From NCBI GenBank assembly GCA_963845185.1, contig CAWJRG010000009.1:64001-128000 (forward strand): a stretch of DNA of 64,000 nucleotides, read 5' to 3'. Both the position numbers and the translations under genes were made by a program. Below the pieces are notes generated by a model. That model was given only the letters and a program-made list of their open reading frames with translations, was not told the origin of the DNA and ran no database searches. This document shows positions 63,418 to 64,000 of the stretch, piece after piece. The first letter of the stretch is position 1, and each line of letters opens with the position of its first letter. The stretch is from an uncultured bacterium (lineage in GTDB: Bacteria; Oederibacteriota; PGYV01; CAWJRG01).

Positions 63418-63494
63418 GGCGGCGTAGCTCAGTTGGTCAGAGCATACGGTTCATACCCGTAGTGTCGGGGGTTCAACTCCCTCCGCCGCTACCA
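63418..63494 (+). tRNA. tRNA-Met (CAT), elongator type
   Basis: Cloverleaf: GGCGGCG/CGCCGCT acceptor, GCTC/GAGC D-stem, TACGG-TTCATAC-CCGTA, GGGGG-TTCAACT-CCCTC, encoded CCA. Confidence 0.95.
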
Positions 63495-63660
63495 AGTTTA
63501 CGAAATCATTGGAAGTAATTGCCTGCGTCATGCCCAACTGCCGGAAATAGTAAAGGAGTTGAAGCGAGCGGCACGCGGGCGATAGGCCCGAAAAGCGAGC
63601 AGGAGCGAGCGACAGTGCCGCGAGGTGAGACTACGCAGGCCCGGGTTAGGGCCGAAGGAG

Positions 63661-63678
63661 TCAACTCCCTCCGCCGCT
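63661..63678 (+). repeat. 18-bp direct repeat of the tRNA 3' end
   Basis: TCAACTCCCTCCGCCGCT identical to 63473-63490. Confidence 0.9.
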
Positions 63679-63713
63679 GGCAAATTTTTTCACGTATAAT
63701 ACGAGGGGGAAGA

Positions 63714-64000
63714 ATGAATCTTTATGAAAATGTCAAAAAGATTATAAATAATTACATTACCCCAAACGACAGGATACTTGTTTGCGTTTCAGCCGGGCCT
63801 GATTCAATGGCGCTTCTTGACATTCTTTATTCTTTCAAAGAGGCATATAAACTGTCTCTGTATGTTGCGCATTTTAACCATAAATTAAGAGGCAGGGAAA
63901 GCAAAAAAGATGAAGCTCTCGCGAGAAAAGCGGCGGCCGGTTATAAGCTGCCTTTTATCTGCGGCCGCATGGATATAAGGAAAGAAGCCAAAAGGCAAAA
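63714..64000 (+). CDS. tilS: tRNA(Ile)-lysidine synthetase, 5' part (runs off the window; not in the ORF track)
   Basis: Manual translation MNLYENVKK..ILVCVSAGPDSMALL..VAHFNHKLRGRES..D; GAGGGGG RBS. Confidence 0.88.
   Translation, partial: MNLYENVKKIINNYITPNDRILVCVSAGPDSMALLDILYSFKEAYKLSLYVAHFNHKLRGRESKKDEALARKAAAGYKLPFICGRMDIRKEAKRQ

Noticed and set aside
63418..63494. tRNA-CAT as the TilS substrate tRNA-Ile2, or as initiator tRNA
   Set aside because: Acceptor stem has G4-C69/G5-C68, not the C4-G69/C5-G68 TilS determinants known from E. coli; lacks the C1 mismatch and three consecutive G-C anticodon pairs of fMet; resembles elongator Met

Overview
Bacterial genomic window, moderately AT-rich, standard genetic code, diderm (PorV-like and beta-barrel genes). 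The Thr-Pro-Thr-rich proteins with FlgD/T9SS-like tails suggest Ca. Goldiibacteriota or a relative, but that is inference only. 1-7.9 kb: glycan synthesis/modification operon (GT-C + PA14, GT2, nucleotide-sugar epimerase, AsnB-type amidotransferase, methyltransferase). 8.4-38.9 kb: three tandem modules, each a giant Thr-rich secreted protein with a C-terminal FlgD/T9SS-A-like sorting domain followed directly by a DUF2723/TMEM260-like GT-C + TPR gene with its own conserved upstream motif. Module 2 is 5'-truncated. Module 3 is a ~3200-aa gingipain-like (C25) protein split by an IS110-family element whose exact insertion point can be reconstructed. 39-45.5 kb: a fourth sorting-domain protein next to a PorV/PorQ-family gene, a Kelch-like lipoprotein and a barrel-TPR protein. 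45.8-64 kb: housekeeping (hom, thrC, apgM-like, lysC, cimA, DUF362, murI, queD, rph, rdgB, radC, PBP1A, tRNA-Met, tilS start). The best candidates for novelty are (i) the repeated substrate + dedicated O-glycosyltransferase modules linked to a T9SS-like export signal and (ii) a six-copy two-hairpin intergenic element that usually abuts ribosome-binding sites and has a filled/empty site pair. About seven single-base indels in short homopolymers are probably sequencing errors. All calls come from reading motifs by eye; no database searches were run.
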